Translations under genes and position numbers: made by a program | Shown here: positions 34,359 through 44,005 of the stretch, piece by piece | Layout of the letters: each line of letters opens with the position of its first letter | Position numbering within the stretch: the stretch's first letter is position 1 | Notes under the pieces: model-generated | The model's input: the letters and a program-made list of their open reading frames with translations, nothing else | Database searches by the model: none | What the model was told of the DNA's origin: nothing | Source: Dehalococcoidia bacterium | GTDB lineage: Bacteria; Chloroflexota; Dehalococcoidia; SHYD01 | Assembly (NCBI GenBank): GCA_965226775.1 | Contig: CBDDEI010000002.1 | Coordinates: 269,638 to 333,637, forward strand | Reading direction: 5' to 3' | Length of the DNA stretch: 64,000 nucleotides

Positions 34359-35576
34359 ATGAGTTCCCCTTTCGCTCAGAAAGTGCTTTGTGTTCTTTAT
34401 TCCGATCCAGTGGCAGGATTTCCTCCGGACTATGCCCGCGAAAGCATACCCACCCTCACCCAGTATCCAGACGGCCAGACTTTACCCTCACCAGCCTCCA
34501 TAGACTTCACCCCTGGCCACCTTCTGGGATCTGTTTCGGGCGGGCTTGGGCTGGAGAGGTTCTTGACTGAACGGGGACATAGGTTCGTCGTAACGGCGGA
34601 CAAGGATGGACCCGATTCCGTTTTCGAAAGAGAACTGCCCGATGCCGATATAGTCATCTCTCAACCCTTCTGGCCCGGGTACCTCACCGCCGAGCGCATT
34701 GAAAAGGCTCCGAACCTCAAATTAGCCATAACCGCTGGCATTGGGTCGGACCATGTCGACCTTCAGGCAGCCATCGGCAGGAACATCACTGTGTGTGAAG
34801 TGACTTGGTGCAACAGCACAAGCGTCGCGGAGCACGCGGTCATGCAGATGTTGGCGCTGGTCAGGGACTACATTCCCCAGTACGGTTGGGTGGTCAGGGG
34901 CGGTTGGAACATTGCGGACGCCGTTTCCAGGTCCTACGACATTGAGGGAATGGACGTGGGTGTAGTGGCGGCCGGCAGAATTGGCTTAGCGGTCCTAAGA
35001 CGAATGAAGCCTTTCGACGTCACTCTCCACTACACCGACAGACATCGGCTTGCCACCGATGTCGAGCAAGAGCTTGGCCTGACGTTCCACGAAACCGTTG
35101 AGTCGCTGGTCAGTGTGTGTGATGTGGTCAGCATCCATTGTCCTCTCCATCCCGAGACTGAGCATATGTTCAACGATGCTCTGATTAGCAAGATGAAGCG
35201 CGGGTCCTATATCGTCAACACCGCACGCGGCAAAATCTGTGACCGGGACGCCATCGTCAGAGCTCTGGAAAGCGGCCAACTGGCAGGGTATGCGGGCGAT
35301 GTTTGGTTCCCTCAGCCGCCTCCCAATGATCACCCCTGGAGGGCCATGCCCAACCACGCCATGACTCCCCACACCTCGGGCACTTCGCTTTCAGCCCAAG
35401 CCCGCTACGCAGCAGGAGTCCGTGAGATTCTGGAATGCTGGTTGGATGGACGGCCGATTAGGGAGGAGTACCTGATTGTCCAGGGAGGCGCCCTTGCTGG
35501 AACAGGAGCCCACTCATACAGCGAAGGGGATGCTACAGGCGGTTCGGGGGAAGCGGCAAAGTTCACAGCCGGCTAG
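34359..35576 (+). CDS. fdh: NAD-dependent formate dehydrogenase
   Basis: 405 aa. KVLCVLYSDPVAGFPPDYARESIP... N-terminus. Rossmann GxGxxG VGVVAAGRIGLAV. ...PQPPPNDHPWRAMPNHAMTPHTSGTSLSAQARYAAG... This is the classic FDH catalytic His/Arg context. Confidence 0.9.
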   Translation: MSSPFAQKVLCVLYSDPVAGFPPDYARESIPTLTQYPDGQTLPSPASIDFTPGHLLGSVSGGLGLERFLTERGHRFVVTADKDGPDSVFERELPDADIVISQPFWPGYLTAERIEKAPNLKLAITAGIGSDHVDLQAAIGRNITVCEVTWCNSTSVAEHAVMQMLALVRDYIPQYGWVVRGGWNIADAVSRSYDIEGMDVGVVAAGRIGLAVLRRMKPFDVTLHYTDRHRLATDVEQELGLTFHETVESLVSVCDVVSIHCPLHPETEHMFNDALISKMKRGSYIVNTARGKICDRDAIVRALESGQLAGYAGDVWFPQPPPNDHPWRAMPNHAMTPHTSGTSLSAQARYAAGVREILECWLDGRPIREEYLIVQGGALAGTGAHSYSEGDATGGSGEAAKFTAG

Positions 35577-35709
35577 GCAGACTGATCGAAGGAGGGCTCC
35601 ACGCTTCAGTCGGGCTTTTCAACGCCCACTTATCGAGGGCCTCTAGGACGATATGCCCGCCGTATCCGTCGGCCGTCACCAGTCTTGAAGGAAGGGGGGT
35701 GAAGGAGCC

Positions 35710-36648
35710 ATGACAATTACGCATGAACGAGCTCAGAGCATTGTTGAAGCGATAGATCCGCATCTGCAGGTTGTGTCTATGGCATCTACTATTGGAAGCT
35801 TCACAAACGATGCGCGAATCCTTGAGTGCCAGACGACTGCCGGGAGCCGAGTCTGCCTGGTCGCTAAGTTCTTGGTTGATAAATCCGCATTAGCTTCGCG
35901 GATTGCAGCAGTGTCGTTTCATGCCGCAATTCTCGCACGGGAGCATGGGGTACCAGTACCCGAGCCTTTGCTCCTTGACGAGACCGGAGAAGTCCTGGGA
36001 GTTCCTGGTGTCGTGTCGCGCTTTGTCCAAGGGAGACAAGTAGCAAATCCTAAGGATCCAGAGAGGTGGGCTGAGGACCTTGCCCGTCAGTTAGTCCAGA
36101 TTCATTCAATCCGTCCAGGAGAGAGGGACAAACCGTTCTTATTTGATGGAAACCACGAAACCCTCTATTTCACCAGGGGCGAATACCCAACGCTAATGGC
36201 AGGTCATCCACTGTCTGCTGACATACTTGATGCTGTTCGGGAACTTCAATCAGCGCTTGTGCCAACGCCTCCCGCGCTGGTCCATCTAGACTATTGGCAC
36301 GGCAACATTCTGTGGCGTCGCGGTCTGATTTCCGCTGTTCTGGATTGGGATTTTGCGGGATACGGGGACCCTTGCATTGATGTGGCTTACTTCAGAATGA
36401 ACATGTACTTGAGAGGCATCAAGGATGCAGCGGACTATTTCTTGAAGGCTTATGAAAGGCAGTCTGGTGAGGTTGTGAAGAACCTTGGATTTAGAGAATT
36501 GGCTGCAGCTGCTCAATGCCTGCCGTCCATACTCTGGATACCTATGAGCAGAGAGATGGTAGGCCCGCCAATTACTGATGAACGCGCCATAGCTCAGTAT
36601 GAGGAATTTGTCGCGGGCGCCTTGCAACGTGCTTATGAAGGGCGCTGA
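35710..36648 (+). CDS. aminoglycoside phosphotransferase (APH) family protein
   Basis: Brenner motif LVHLDYWHGNILW and DWDFAGYGDP. Confidence 0.8.
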   Translation: MTITHERAQSIVEAIDPHLQVVSMASTIGSFTNDARILECQTTAGSRVCLVAKFLVDKSALASRIAAVSFHAAILAREHGVPVPEPLLLDETGEVLGVPGVVSRFVQGRQVANPKDPERWAEDLARQLVQIHSIRPGERDKPFLFDGNHETLYFTRGEYPTLMAGHPLSADILDAVRELQSALVPTPPALVHLDYWHGNILWRRGLISAVLDWDFAGYGDPCIDVAYFRMNMYLRGIKDAADYFLKAYERQSGEVVKNLGFRELAAAAQCLPSILWIPMSREMVGPPITDERAIAQYEEFVAGALQRAYEGR

Positions 36649-36744
36649 GCGCTCCAGGGAATCGCTGAAAACTGGGCGTATGCCAGACTTGATTGACCGT
36701 GATGGTTGTAGACGGCTGCGAGAAAATGTGCCAATGGGGTGATG

Positions 36745-37110
36745 TTAAAAGTTCTCAAATGGCGTTTCGTCTTAGCTGTGGGAGCGCTCGCGCTCCTCAC
36801 GGCGGTTGCTGGCTGCGGCGGCACATCGCAGGCGCCGGACGACGTGGGGCCGCTGCGGCTTGGGGGGTGCTGCTCCACTTCAGCGAGGGCGCGCCGGGCA
36901 AGGCCCAGGACCGCCAACGGGCCGTGGAAGACTCGACGCTGGACCCGGCAAAGGCAGTGGAGGCGGCGCGGCGCATGGTTGAAGTGGAGGGCGTTCACGC
37001 AATCGTCGGCCCCAGCTCCAGCGCTAACTCGCTAATGGTGGTGGAACAGGTGACCGGCCCGGCGGGGATCCCTATCGTCAGCCCCTCGGCAACCTCACCA
37101 ATCCTCACGG
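36745..37110 (+). pseudogene. decayed duplicate of the 5' end of the LivK-like SBP gene (compare 32712-33135)
   Basis: About 90% nucleotide identity, with a roughly 75-nt deletion and a frameshift. The ORFs 36739..37035 and 36693..37190 each cover parts of it. Confidence 0.6.
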
Positions 37111-37324
37111 CCAGGGATGGTGTCTCCAATCCACTTGTGCGTCAATTCACAATTAGAGTGCCTGGAAAGTCCGCGGCAGCTCGCTTTTAGTTTATGAGTC
37201 TTGTTAGACTGGAATGCTGATTGGCATAGTCTGCCTTTTGTCACTGACGAGTGCGCAATAAAGGCAACAACCTCTTGGAAGAATAAGAGCCATTACTAGA
37301 GTTCTTCCATAATTCGAGGAAAGG

Positions 37325-38344
37325 GTGGACGATGCACGAACCATGATAGATGAACTTACAACTGCAGTTGCTTCCTTAAATCGCTATATCTCACAGAATA
37401 GGAACGTGGATGAATGGTATGTGAGGCGTCTCCTTCGGGATATTGTTGTACCTCGACTGGACGAAGTGTTCCGAGAGGTATTCGCTGAGATTGACAAGTT
37501 CCATGATCTTGGAAAAGACGCCAAGGAGGTTATTCACTATACCAGCCTCGACATGCTAGTCTCAGTCCTTCGTGATAAAGCTGAAGAGAAAGAGGCTTTC
37601 GTCCGTATGAACGACTCCTTTCATCTCAATGATCCAGAAGAGGGACAGTATCTAGCCCGCCGTATCGAAGCAATCGACCAGTCCGGATGGTTCGGAGAAA
37701 AGAAGGACCTTCACGCGTATATTGCCTCGTTTATCCTCCCTGACGAAAAGAAGGACCAAGAACTACGAGATGAGGACAACCTCAAGTATTGGCTTGCTTA
37801 CGGACAACAAGGCAAAGGCTGCTCAATTAGGTTTCCTGTAAGCCACAATCGCTTTCGGCGGGTTCTCTACGGACAGCAGAAGGTGACTCGCACCTTGAAA
37901 CGCCTGGACCTGACATCATTGTGGAATTCCTTGAAGCCCTTAGCAACTAACCGAAACCAAGAGGTTAGCCGCACCGCCAGAGATATGCTTTCGGAGCTAA
38001 TCAGAAGGAACATCGCCCGAATCCTTTATCTGTACAAGGACGACGCCTACAAGTATGAACAGGAATGCAGAATGGTGAGGTCAGTCCTAGAAATCACTGA
38101 TGAAGATATCTTTTTCGAGCCACTGAAAGAACGGGACTCGCCACATAACATAAGACACTACTATCATGATAGCGACCTAAGCATTGACCATATTCTGGTT
38201 ACAGGAAGCTTAATCACATTAGGTCCCCTCGTTCCCCGTCCCTACAATGTGATGTATTACATCAACACGCTTTTGGGGAAAGCACACTTACGCGGGCCTA
38301 AGGTCAAGATCTCGAAAATACCTTACCAAGAACCTTGGCGATGA
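37325..38344 (+). CDS. hypothetical protein, DUF2971-like (HYTS...NDPxE motifs)
   Basis: 339 aa, low GC. ...VIHYTSLDMLVSVL...FVRMNDSFHLNDPEEGQYL...YIASFILP.... Convergent with, and overlapping the 3' end of, the JAB-E1 gene. Confidence 0.4.
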   Translation: MDDARTMIDELTTAVASLNRYISQNRNVDEWYVRRLLRDIVVPRLDEVFREVFAEIDKFHDLGKDAKEVIHYTSLDMLVSVLRDKAEEKEAFVRMNDSFHLNDPEEGQYLARRIEAIDQSGWFGEKKDLHAYIASFILPDEKKDQELRDEDNLKYWLAYGQQGKGCSIRFPVSHNRFRRVLYGQQKVTRTLKRLDLTSLWNSLKPLATNRNQEVSRTARDMLSELIRRNIARILYLYKDDAYKYEQECRMVRSVLEITDEDIFFEPLKERDSPHNIRHYYHDSDLSIDHILVTGSLITLGPLVPRPYNVMYYINTLLGKAHLRGPKVKISKIPYQEPWR

Positions 38345-39770
38345 GCCTCGCAAATCCACCCCTAGGCCTAGTAGACATCGGAGTCGGTTCCTGAAGGTAG
38401 AATGGAGCTACCCTGTCACCCTGCATGCGATGCTCTCGGAATGAGCAATGGGCCTCGCACTGCATATTGATAGTCCTTAAGTCCGCTGTGACAAACTGAT
38501 AGTCCTGCTGCTGTACAAGTGGCCACCAGTCTGGCGATAGAATATAGCGAATCATAAGATTAACTTCCATGGCGGCGACGCTCAAACTGAAGGGGAACAC
38601 ATTTTGATTTCTGTTCCGTTCTGACTCTGGCAAATTGCTAGTGTATGACGGATCGGAGAGAGAACCATCCAATTCCATAACGACGTTGCTTGAGTTGTAT
38701 TGACCGCTGCACCGCAGACATTGGTGAAAAGGCGTGACAAGGTGAGCCCGCCAATGTGCTGAAAACAACTTGTCCTTAGACGTATCTGTTTCTACTGAAA
38801 CTCCGCCGTCAATCACAGGAATCATATGAGCCTGAGCTATGTAGTTCAGCACATCACGTGGGAGTGGACGATCAACGCAGCTGAAGATGACATCGCAATC
38901 CAGGGCCGCACTATACGCCTCTTTGTCATGAATAGATTTTGGTAGTGCGATGATGTCAACGCTGTCCGCAGTAGCGTTCAGGCGTATTGCTTCGGAAGCG
39001 ATTTGCACTTTTTGCTTACCTATGTCCCTAGTCGTCGCGTAGAGCAGTCTATCGAGGTTGTGTTCTTCAACCTCATCGGGATCGATTAAGGTAATGCGAG
39101 TGACGCCTATCCGGGCCACGGCCTCCGCGACAATCGATCCCACACTACCAAGGCCTACAATGCCAACCCTTAAACGTGCGATGGTGCTTTGCACGTCGCG
39201 GCCCCACGTATCGAAAGTTCTCCTGAGAACTTCTTTACGCTCAGGTGGAGGTTCTACTTGGTCGTTAAAGTAGATTTGGTAGGACTTCGAACTGACAACC
39301 CGAGTTTTAGCACACGAATTGCGCCGCATCCCTTTGCCATCTCGTTGCCAGAAACGAGAACTCCAGTAGCCGTCACTACCGATGGTCAGCCCGACCAGTG
39401 GGAAGCCTGTCGCTCCAGCTGGATAGGCCAAGACATCTCGCTCAGCCTCGACGTCAGCATCACTCATGCTCTGCCAACCTGGTCCGGGGTGGCTGTGCAT
39501 AAAGGCCACACCCGCCTGTCTTTGACGAGCTGTGTTTATTGCCCGTGCTAAGTAATTAGGCTGGAAGCTGGCATTCCCGTGTAAGAGACGCTCGCCCTTT
39601 TGGGGGAGAAGAATCTCATACACAAGAGCCGTGTATCGTTGATTCCCGGTGGAAGGACGCCACAGGCCGAAGCACAAATCCTCCTGAAGGTCATTTCTCC
39701 TGTAGTGTTGCAGCAAGTGATCGCTTGAAGCAGAGTTCGCCTCCGCCGAAAGCGCCACCTCAAATTTCAT
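38304..39770 (-). CDS. JAB/MPN metalloprotease - ThiF/MoeB E1-like adenylyltransferase fusion protein
   Basis: Start set at MKFEV... (ATG 39770, ATGA overlap with the E2 stop). N-terminal domain YEILLPQ...FMHSHPGPGWQSMSDADVEAE is JAMM-like (E...HxH...S..D). C-terminal domain VGIVGLGSVGSIVAEAVARIGVTRITLIDPDEVEEHNLDRL... has the E1 Rossmann fold, plus a Cys-rich region CLRCSGQ. Confidence 0.7.
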   Translation of the reverse strand: MKFEVALSAEANSASSDHLLQHYRRNDLQEDLCFGLWRPSTGNQRYTALVYEILLPQKGERLLHGNASFQPNYLARAINTARQRQAGVAFMHSHPGPGWQSMSDADVEAERDVLAYPAGATGFPLVGLTIGSDGYWSSRFWQRDGKGMRRNSCAKTRVVSSKSYQIYFNDQVEPPPERKEVLRRTFDTWGRDVQSTIARLRVGIVGLGSVGSIVAEAVARIGVTRITLIDPDEVEEHNLDRLLYATTRDIGKQKVQIASEAIRLNATADSVDIIALPKSIHDKEAYSAALDCDVIFSCVDRPLPRDVLNYIAQAHMIPVIDGGVSVETDTSKDKLFSAHWRAHLVTPFHQCLRCSGQYNSSNVVMELDGSLSDPSYTSNLPESERNRNQNVFPFSLSVAAMEVNLMIRYILSPDWWPLVQQQDYQFVTADLRTINMQCEAHCSFREHRMQGDRVAPFYLQEPTPMSTRPRGGFARLIAKVLGKVFSRS

Positions 39771-40138
39771 ACGTCCTTCCAAATTTTCCGTAGGTGTTCG
39801 TTGATGTAGCCGTACATATGCTTCGTCGGTAGCTGGTCCCAAAGCTGACCCGGCGGCCTGCTCATAGCCAACCATGCACATCCAGACACTTCGTAGGTTT
39901 GTCCCGGCCCCCCCCTACCATCGGCAATTGGAGGGCTAACGTGGAGCCAATGAGGGGGATATTCGGGGTACCCCTCATCTTGGAAGCTGACACCTACTAG
40001 AACTGGCGTACCCTTATGTGAGCCAGTTTCGATGGTGTAATTGAATGCTACTACGACTCCCATTCCGGAATCGAACGTCTGGGTTTCGTAACCAAGGGAT
40101 TCTAATTCTTCTCGTACTCGGTTTGCACTATCGGACAT
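39767..40138 (-). CDS. E2 (UBC)-like ubiquitin-conjugating protein homologue
   Basis: 123 aa. ...YPEYPPHWLHVSPPIADGRGGPGQTYEVSGCAWLA... has the YPxxPP and His...Cys spacing reminiscent of the UBC fold. Translationally coupled to the E1 fusion. Confidence 0.5.
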   Translation of the reverse strand: MSDSANRVREELESLGYETQTFDSGMGVVVAFNYTIETGSHKGTPVLVGVSFQDEGYPEYPPHWLHVSPPIADGRGGPGQTYEVSGCAWLAMSRPPGQLWDQLPTKHMYGYINEHLRKIWKDV

Positions 40139-40146
40139 TCCATTCC

Positions 40147-40380
40147 CTATGCCACGTCAGTTGCACCTTGAGGTATCGTTATGAACACTTTGTCTTCCTC
40201 AAAATTTACCCAGTCCTCGGGCTTATAGAGGTGCTTGTCCCCTTGGAGCAGATAATCCTCTGGCTTCCCGGCTCCGTGCCTTTTGCTATCTCCGTCGCCG
40301 CGTTTGTCTACATCGACTTTGATAAGAACTCCGTTCACCATGATCCGCTTTTGCACGACGTTACTTGCTTCAGCCACCAC
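40147..40380 (-). CDS. small beta-grasp/ubiquitin-like protein candidate
   Basis: 77 aa. GTG start with AGGAGG 4 nt upstream. ...IMVNGVLIKVDVDK... is a ThiS/MoaD-like start. It ends ...IPQGATDVA with no terminal GG. It lies 8 nt upstream of the E2-like gene. Confidence 0.4.
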   Translation of the reverse strand: MVAEASNVVQKRIMVNGVLIKVDVDKRGDGDSKRHGAGKPEDYLLQGDKHLYKPEDWVNFEEDKVFITIPQGATDVA

Positions 40381-40683
40381 AGACCTCCTGCCAAGAGTGC
40401 AGACACTTTGAGGCTCGCTGCCACCAATACGTTCGCGACCCAGGTTTCGTACATTACGACCTCTTCAGATTCATAAGCCATAATACCACGAGGCCCTTCT
40501 TCAGAGCGAAGGCCCTGGTCTACCACCTAGGCCAGATGCATCCGCGGGCAGGTAGGGGGTCTGGTTGAGGGCCGGTGCATCTTAGCGTCTATATCCACCG
40601 CGGCGAATATCTCCAGCCACCGGGCTTGGTCTCCACTCATCTGCGGTGGGACTGGAAAGGGCAGGCGACGCAGGCCGAGCGTT

Positions 40684-41474
40684 CTAGGGGCCCGTAGCGG
40701 GCGGCCCAGAGCGGCTTGGTTCCCACTTGAAGAACCTTACGGCAATCACCAAACCGGCCAGTAGCCAGCCAACCAAGGCCATCAGATGGGCAAACTCAAA
40801 ACCTGCGCCGGTTTCAAAGGGGTTAAAGGACGTGTGGAGGGCCAGCGCGAAGTGCCGGATGGGAAAGAGATCGGCGAAAGAGGTAAGCCATGGCGCGTCC
40901 CGCAAGGGGACAAACACGTCTGATATGAAGAGCAGCGGCAGGATGGAGGCTTGGACAATGGCCGGCGCCGCGTCGGCGTTGGGTATTAGCGCCGTGACGG
41001 CCAGGCCAAGAGTGCAGAAGGCCGCTGCCCCAATAATAAGGGTCACTAGAAAGGCGGGTATGGTGTTAGTAGGCGGGTCCACACCGTAGAAGAGCACCCC
41101 CGCGTAACGATGGCGGCCAGCAGCAGCGCCACCAATACGGAGTGGAGAACCTTCCCGAAGAGCAATGACCAAGCGGGCAGCGGTGTGCCGCGAACGCGCT
41201 TAAGCAATCCCGCGTCCCTGGAGAAGGCGACCCCCATGGCCACGTTGGTGTAGCAGGCGCCAATAACCGACATGGCTACTATGGCCGGCACGTAGAAGGT
41301 TGACGAGCTGATGGTCCCCCCTGGGACAGCTAGCTCACGGTTGCCGAAGAGCAGGTTAAAGATAACAAGGAACATGAGGGGAAAGACAAAGGTAAAGAAG
41401 GCCGCCGCAGGGTTGCGCCAGAAGGCGGTGTTCTCATACTTGACCTGCCTCAAAGCCAGGACAAAGGCGTTCAT
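40684..41474 (-). CDS. ABC-2 type transporter permease (frameshifted near 41080-41110)
   Basis: Two overlapping ORFs (41046..41474 and 40684..41172) together give a typical six-helix ABC-2 permease. The start overlaps the ATPase stop (ATGA). Confidence 0.6.
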
Positions 41475-42457
41475 TGCTGCGTGTCTACCGCCTCTGAGGA
41501 TTCGGCAAGCCGGACGAAGAGGTCTTCCAGCGATGGGCGGGATACCGACATCTCCTCCAGTTCAAGGCCCTGCTCCACGGCCCAACTCGTGAGCCGGTAC
41601 AGGGTAGACGTAGGGGTGAAAGTCACGGCGGTGTATTGGCCGTTGGGTTCCCTGGGGCCAACAGTCAGGTCCTCTGGCAGCGGGGGCGCTCCGGCGGCTA
41701 GCTTGAAGCGTATGGTAGTCGCGCCGCTGTTCTGCAGCAGCTCGCTGGGAGTTCCTTGGGCGACAATCTCGCCATGCACCATAATTGCCGCCCGGTCGGC
41801 CAAATGCTCGGCCTCGTCCATGTAGTGCGTGGTGAGCACCACCGTCTTGCCCAGGTTCCGAAGGTTGCGAATCATTTCCCAGGCGCCGCGGCGAGCTGAG
41901 GGGTCAAACCCCGTAGTAGGCTCGTCAAGGAACAGCAGCTCCGGGTTACCAGAGAGTCCGATGGCGACGTCCAATCTTCTCTGCTGACCGGTGGAGAGTC
42001 GCCTCGCCCGGATACTTCGTTGCTCCGTCAGACCCGTAACGCTCAGAACCTCCTCCAAAGGCAGCGGGTTGGGGTAGTAGCCACGGAAGAGGTTCACGGT
42101 CTCCTCCACGTTCAGGTACGGTTGTACTCCCGTTGTCTGGAGGACTATGCCAATGCGCTCCTTCAGGCTGCGGTGGTTTCCACTTGGATCGTACCCCAGA
42201 ACTGAAATATCCCCTGCGGTCCTGTCCAGGTAGCCCTCCAGTATCTCCATGGTTGTGGTCTTCCCCGCGCCGTTGGGCCCTAGGAGGGCAAAGACCTCTC
42301 CCATGGAAACTTGCAGGTCTATACCTCGCACGGCTTCCACCGTCCCGTAGGACTTGCGGAGGCCGCGAACCTCAATGGCCAAGGGGGCGGGGTGCGGAGT
42401 CTTGATAGTCAAAGCGGACGTAATGTTAAGGGGGATGGCAGACCTTGTCCAGCACAT
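41471..42457 (-). CDS. ABC transporter ATP-binding protein (DrrA-like)
   Basis: Walker A GPNGAGKTT. Signature LSTGQQRRL. Walker B LFLDEPTTGFD. H-loop TTHYMDEAE. Confidence 0.9.
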   Translation of the reverse strand: MCWTRSAIPLNITSALTIKTPHPAPLAIEVRGLRKSYGTVEAVRGIDLQVSMGEVFALLGPNGAGKTTTMEILEGYLDRTAGDISVLGYDPSGNHRSLKERIGIVLQTTGVQPYLNVEETVNLFRGYYPNPLPLEEVLSVTGLTEQRSIRARRLSTGQQRRLDVAIGLSGNPELLFLDEPTTGFDPSARRGAWEMIRNLRNLGKTVVLTTHYMDEAEHLADRAAIMVHGEIVAQGTPSELLQNSGATTIRFKLAAGAPPLPEDLTVGPREPNGQYTAVTFTPTSTLYRLTSWAVEQGLELEEMSVSRPSLEDLFVRLAESSEAVDTQQ

Positions 42458-42692
42458 GCAGGCCGCAATTACGCCCCCGCGGCATGGACAAAATTGAGAA
42501 CCTTCGTGTTGAGGTTCAGGCTGAGGCTAGAGGTTCAGGGTGATAGACGCTGCCTGGCGTTGACACCTCTAGGGTGGTTGCTACATTACTGGTGCTCAAG
42601 ACCGCTACCTACGGTGGCGTTGGTTACTTACTAAGCCTAAGTAGTACAATAGGTAAGTTCCCGTACTACATATCAGCTAGGAGGGTGCAGCG

Positions 42693-43913
42693 ATGTCTAT
42701 GTCTTGGAAAACAATCGCCTTACTTTGTCTGCCGGCACTTCTGGTTCTTGCGTGCACTGCTGAGCCTGCGCCACCCGCTGCACCCGCTGCACCTGCTCCG
42801 ACGAGCACGCCACCCCCTCCCCCGGAGCCTTTCGTGATTGGCGCAATGGACGCGCTCACCGGGGTTGCCGAGTCCTATGGAAACCCCATGATCCAGGCCA
42901 AGCAACTGGCTGTGGAGGAGATAAACGCTGCCGGCGGTATCAATGGCCGGGAGTTGAAGCTCATCGCAGAGGACTCCAAATGCGCCGCCCAGGACGCCAT
43001 TACTGCCTACAACAAGTTGACCGATGTGGATGGCGTCAAGATCATCCTGGGCACCAGCTGCAGCGGCGCGATGCTCGGCGCGGCGCCTCTGGCCGAAAAG
43101 GAAGGCGTCATCCTCTTTTCCGCATCCGCCACCAGCCCTGACATCACCGTCGCGGGCGACTACATCTTCCGCACCGCCATCAACGACCTCCAGCTGGGCA
43201 TTGACACCGGCAACACCCTCTGGGTTGATGGAGTGCGCAAAATCGCCACCATCACCGAGGCCACGGATTACGCAGAGGGCGCCCGCCGCACTTCCGTCGC
43301 TCAATTCGAGAAACTGGGCGGCTCGGTGTTAGCGGCGGAAGGCTACCCCTCTGAGGTTGTCGACTTCCGCAGCCAACTGACCAAATTGTTCAGCACTAAC
43401 CCCGACGCACTGCTCGTGGCCGCTCAGGGCGAGATCTCCGGAGGCACTATCATCAAGCAGGCCCGCGAGCTGGGGTACGATGGTCCAATCTACTCCGAAA
43501 GCGTGCCTACGGCGCCGGCTCCCCTCGAACTCGCCGGTGACGCCGCCACCGGCCTGAAAGCCATTGTCCCCAACCCCGACCTCTCCAACGCCGCCGGCAA
43601 GGGGTTCCTGGAGAAGTTTAGCGCCCGCTACGGCATAGTTGCCCCATTGCCTTGGTTCATGGGTTCAGCTTACGACGACGTTTACATCGCCGCCGCGTGC
43701 CTAAAGCAGACCAACGACGACCAGGACGCCGACGGCTTCAGGGACTGCCTGTATAACAATACCTGGAGCGGAGCCATCGGTGACGAATACAGCTTCGACG
43801 AAAACGGCGACGTGGTTGGACTGTCAAATGTCGTTATCGAGGTGCTGCCCCTCGCCGAGCGGACTGAGGAGAATCTGGGCTACCGCGTACTGGGACTCGC
43901 TCCCACCCCGTAA
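42693..43913 (+). CDS. ABC transporter substrate-binding lipoprotein (branched-chain amino acid/Peripla_BP_6 type)
   Basis: Lipobox LVLACTA plus a Pro/Ala-rich linker. ...IGAMDALTGVAESYGNPMIQAKQLAVEEINAAGGINGRELKLIAEDSKC.... SD AGGAGGG is 8 nt upstream. A TACAAT -10-like hexamer lies in the divergent intergenic region. Confidence 0.8.
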   Translation: MSMSWKTIALLCLPALLVLACTAEPAPPAAPAAPAPTSTPPPPPEPFVIGAMDALTGVAESYGNPMIQAKQLAVEEINAAGGINGRELKLIAEDSKCAAQDAITAYNKLTDVDGVKIILGTSCSGAMLGAAPLAEKEGVILFSASATSPDITVAGDYIFRTAINDLQLGIDTGNTLWVDGVRKIATITEATDYAEGARRTSVAQFEKLGGSVLAAEGYPSEVVDFRSQLTKLFSTNPDALLVAAQGEISGGTIIKQARELGYDGPIYSESVPTAPAPLELAGDAATGLKAIVPNPDLSNAAGKGFLEKFSARYGIVAPLPWFMGSAYDDVYIAAACLKQTNDDQDADGFRDCLYNNTWSGAIGDEYSFDENGDVVGLSNVVIEVLPLAERTEENLGYRVLGLAPTP

Positions 43914-44005
43914 CCCTCTCAGTTTACTGCTGTGCTGAGTGCTCTGCGGGAGGTAGACACGCCTGCGACGGTTGCTGAAGCCAGCACCGACCGATTGGAG
44001 GCTCT

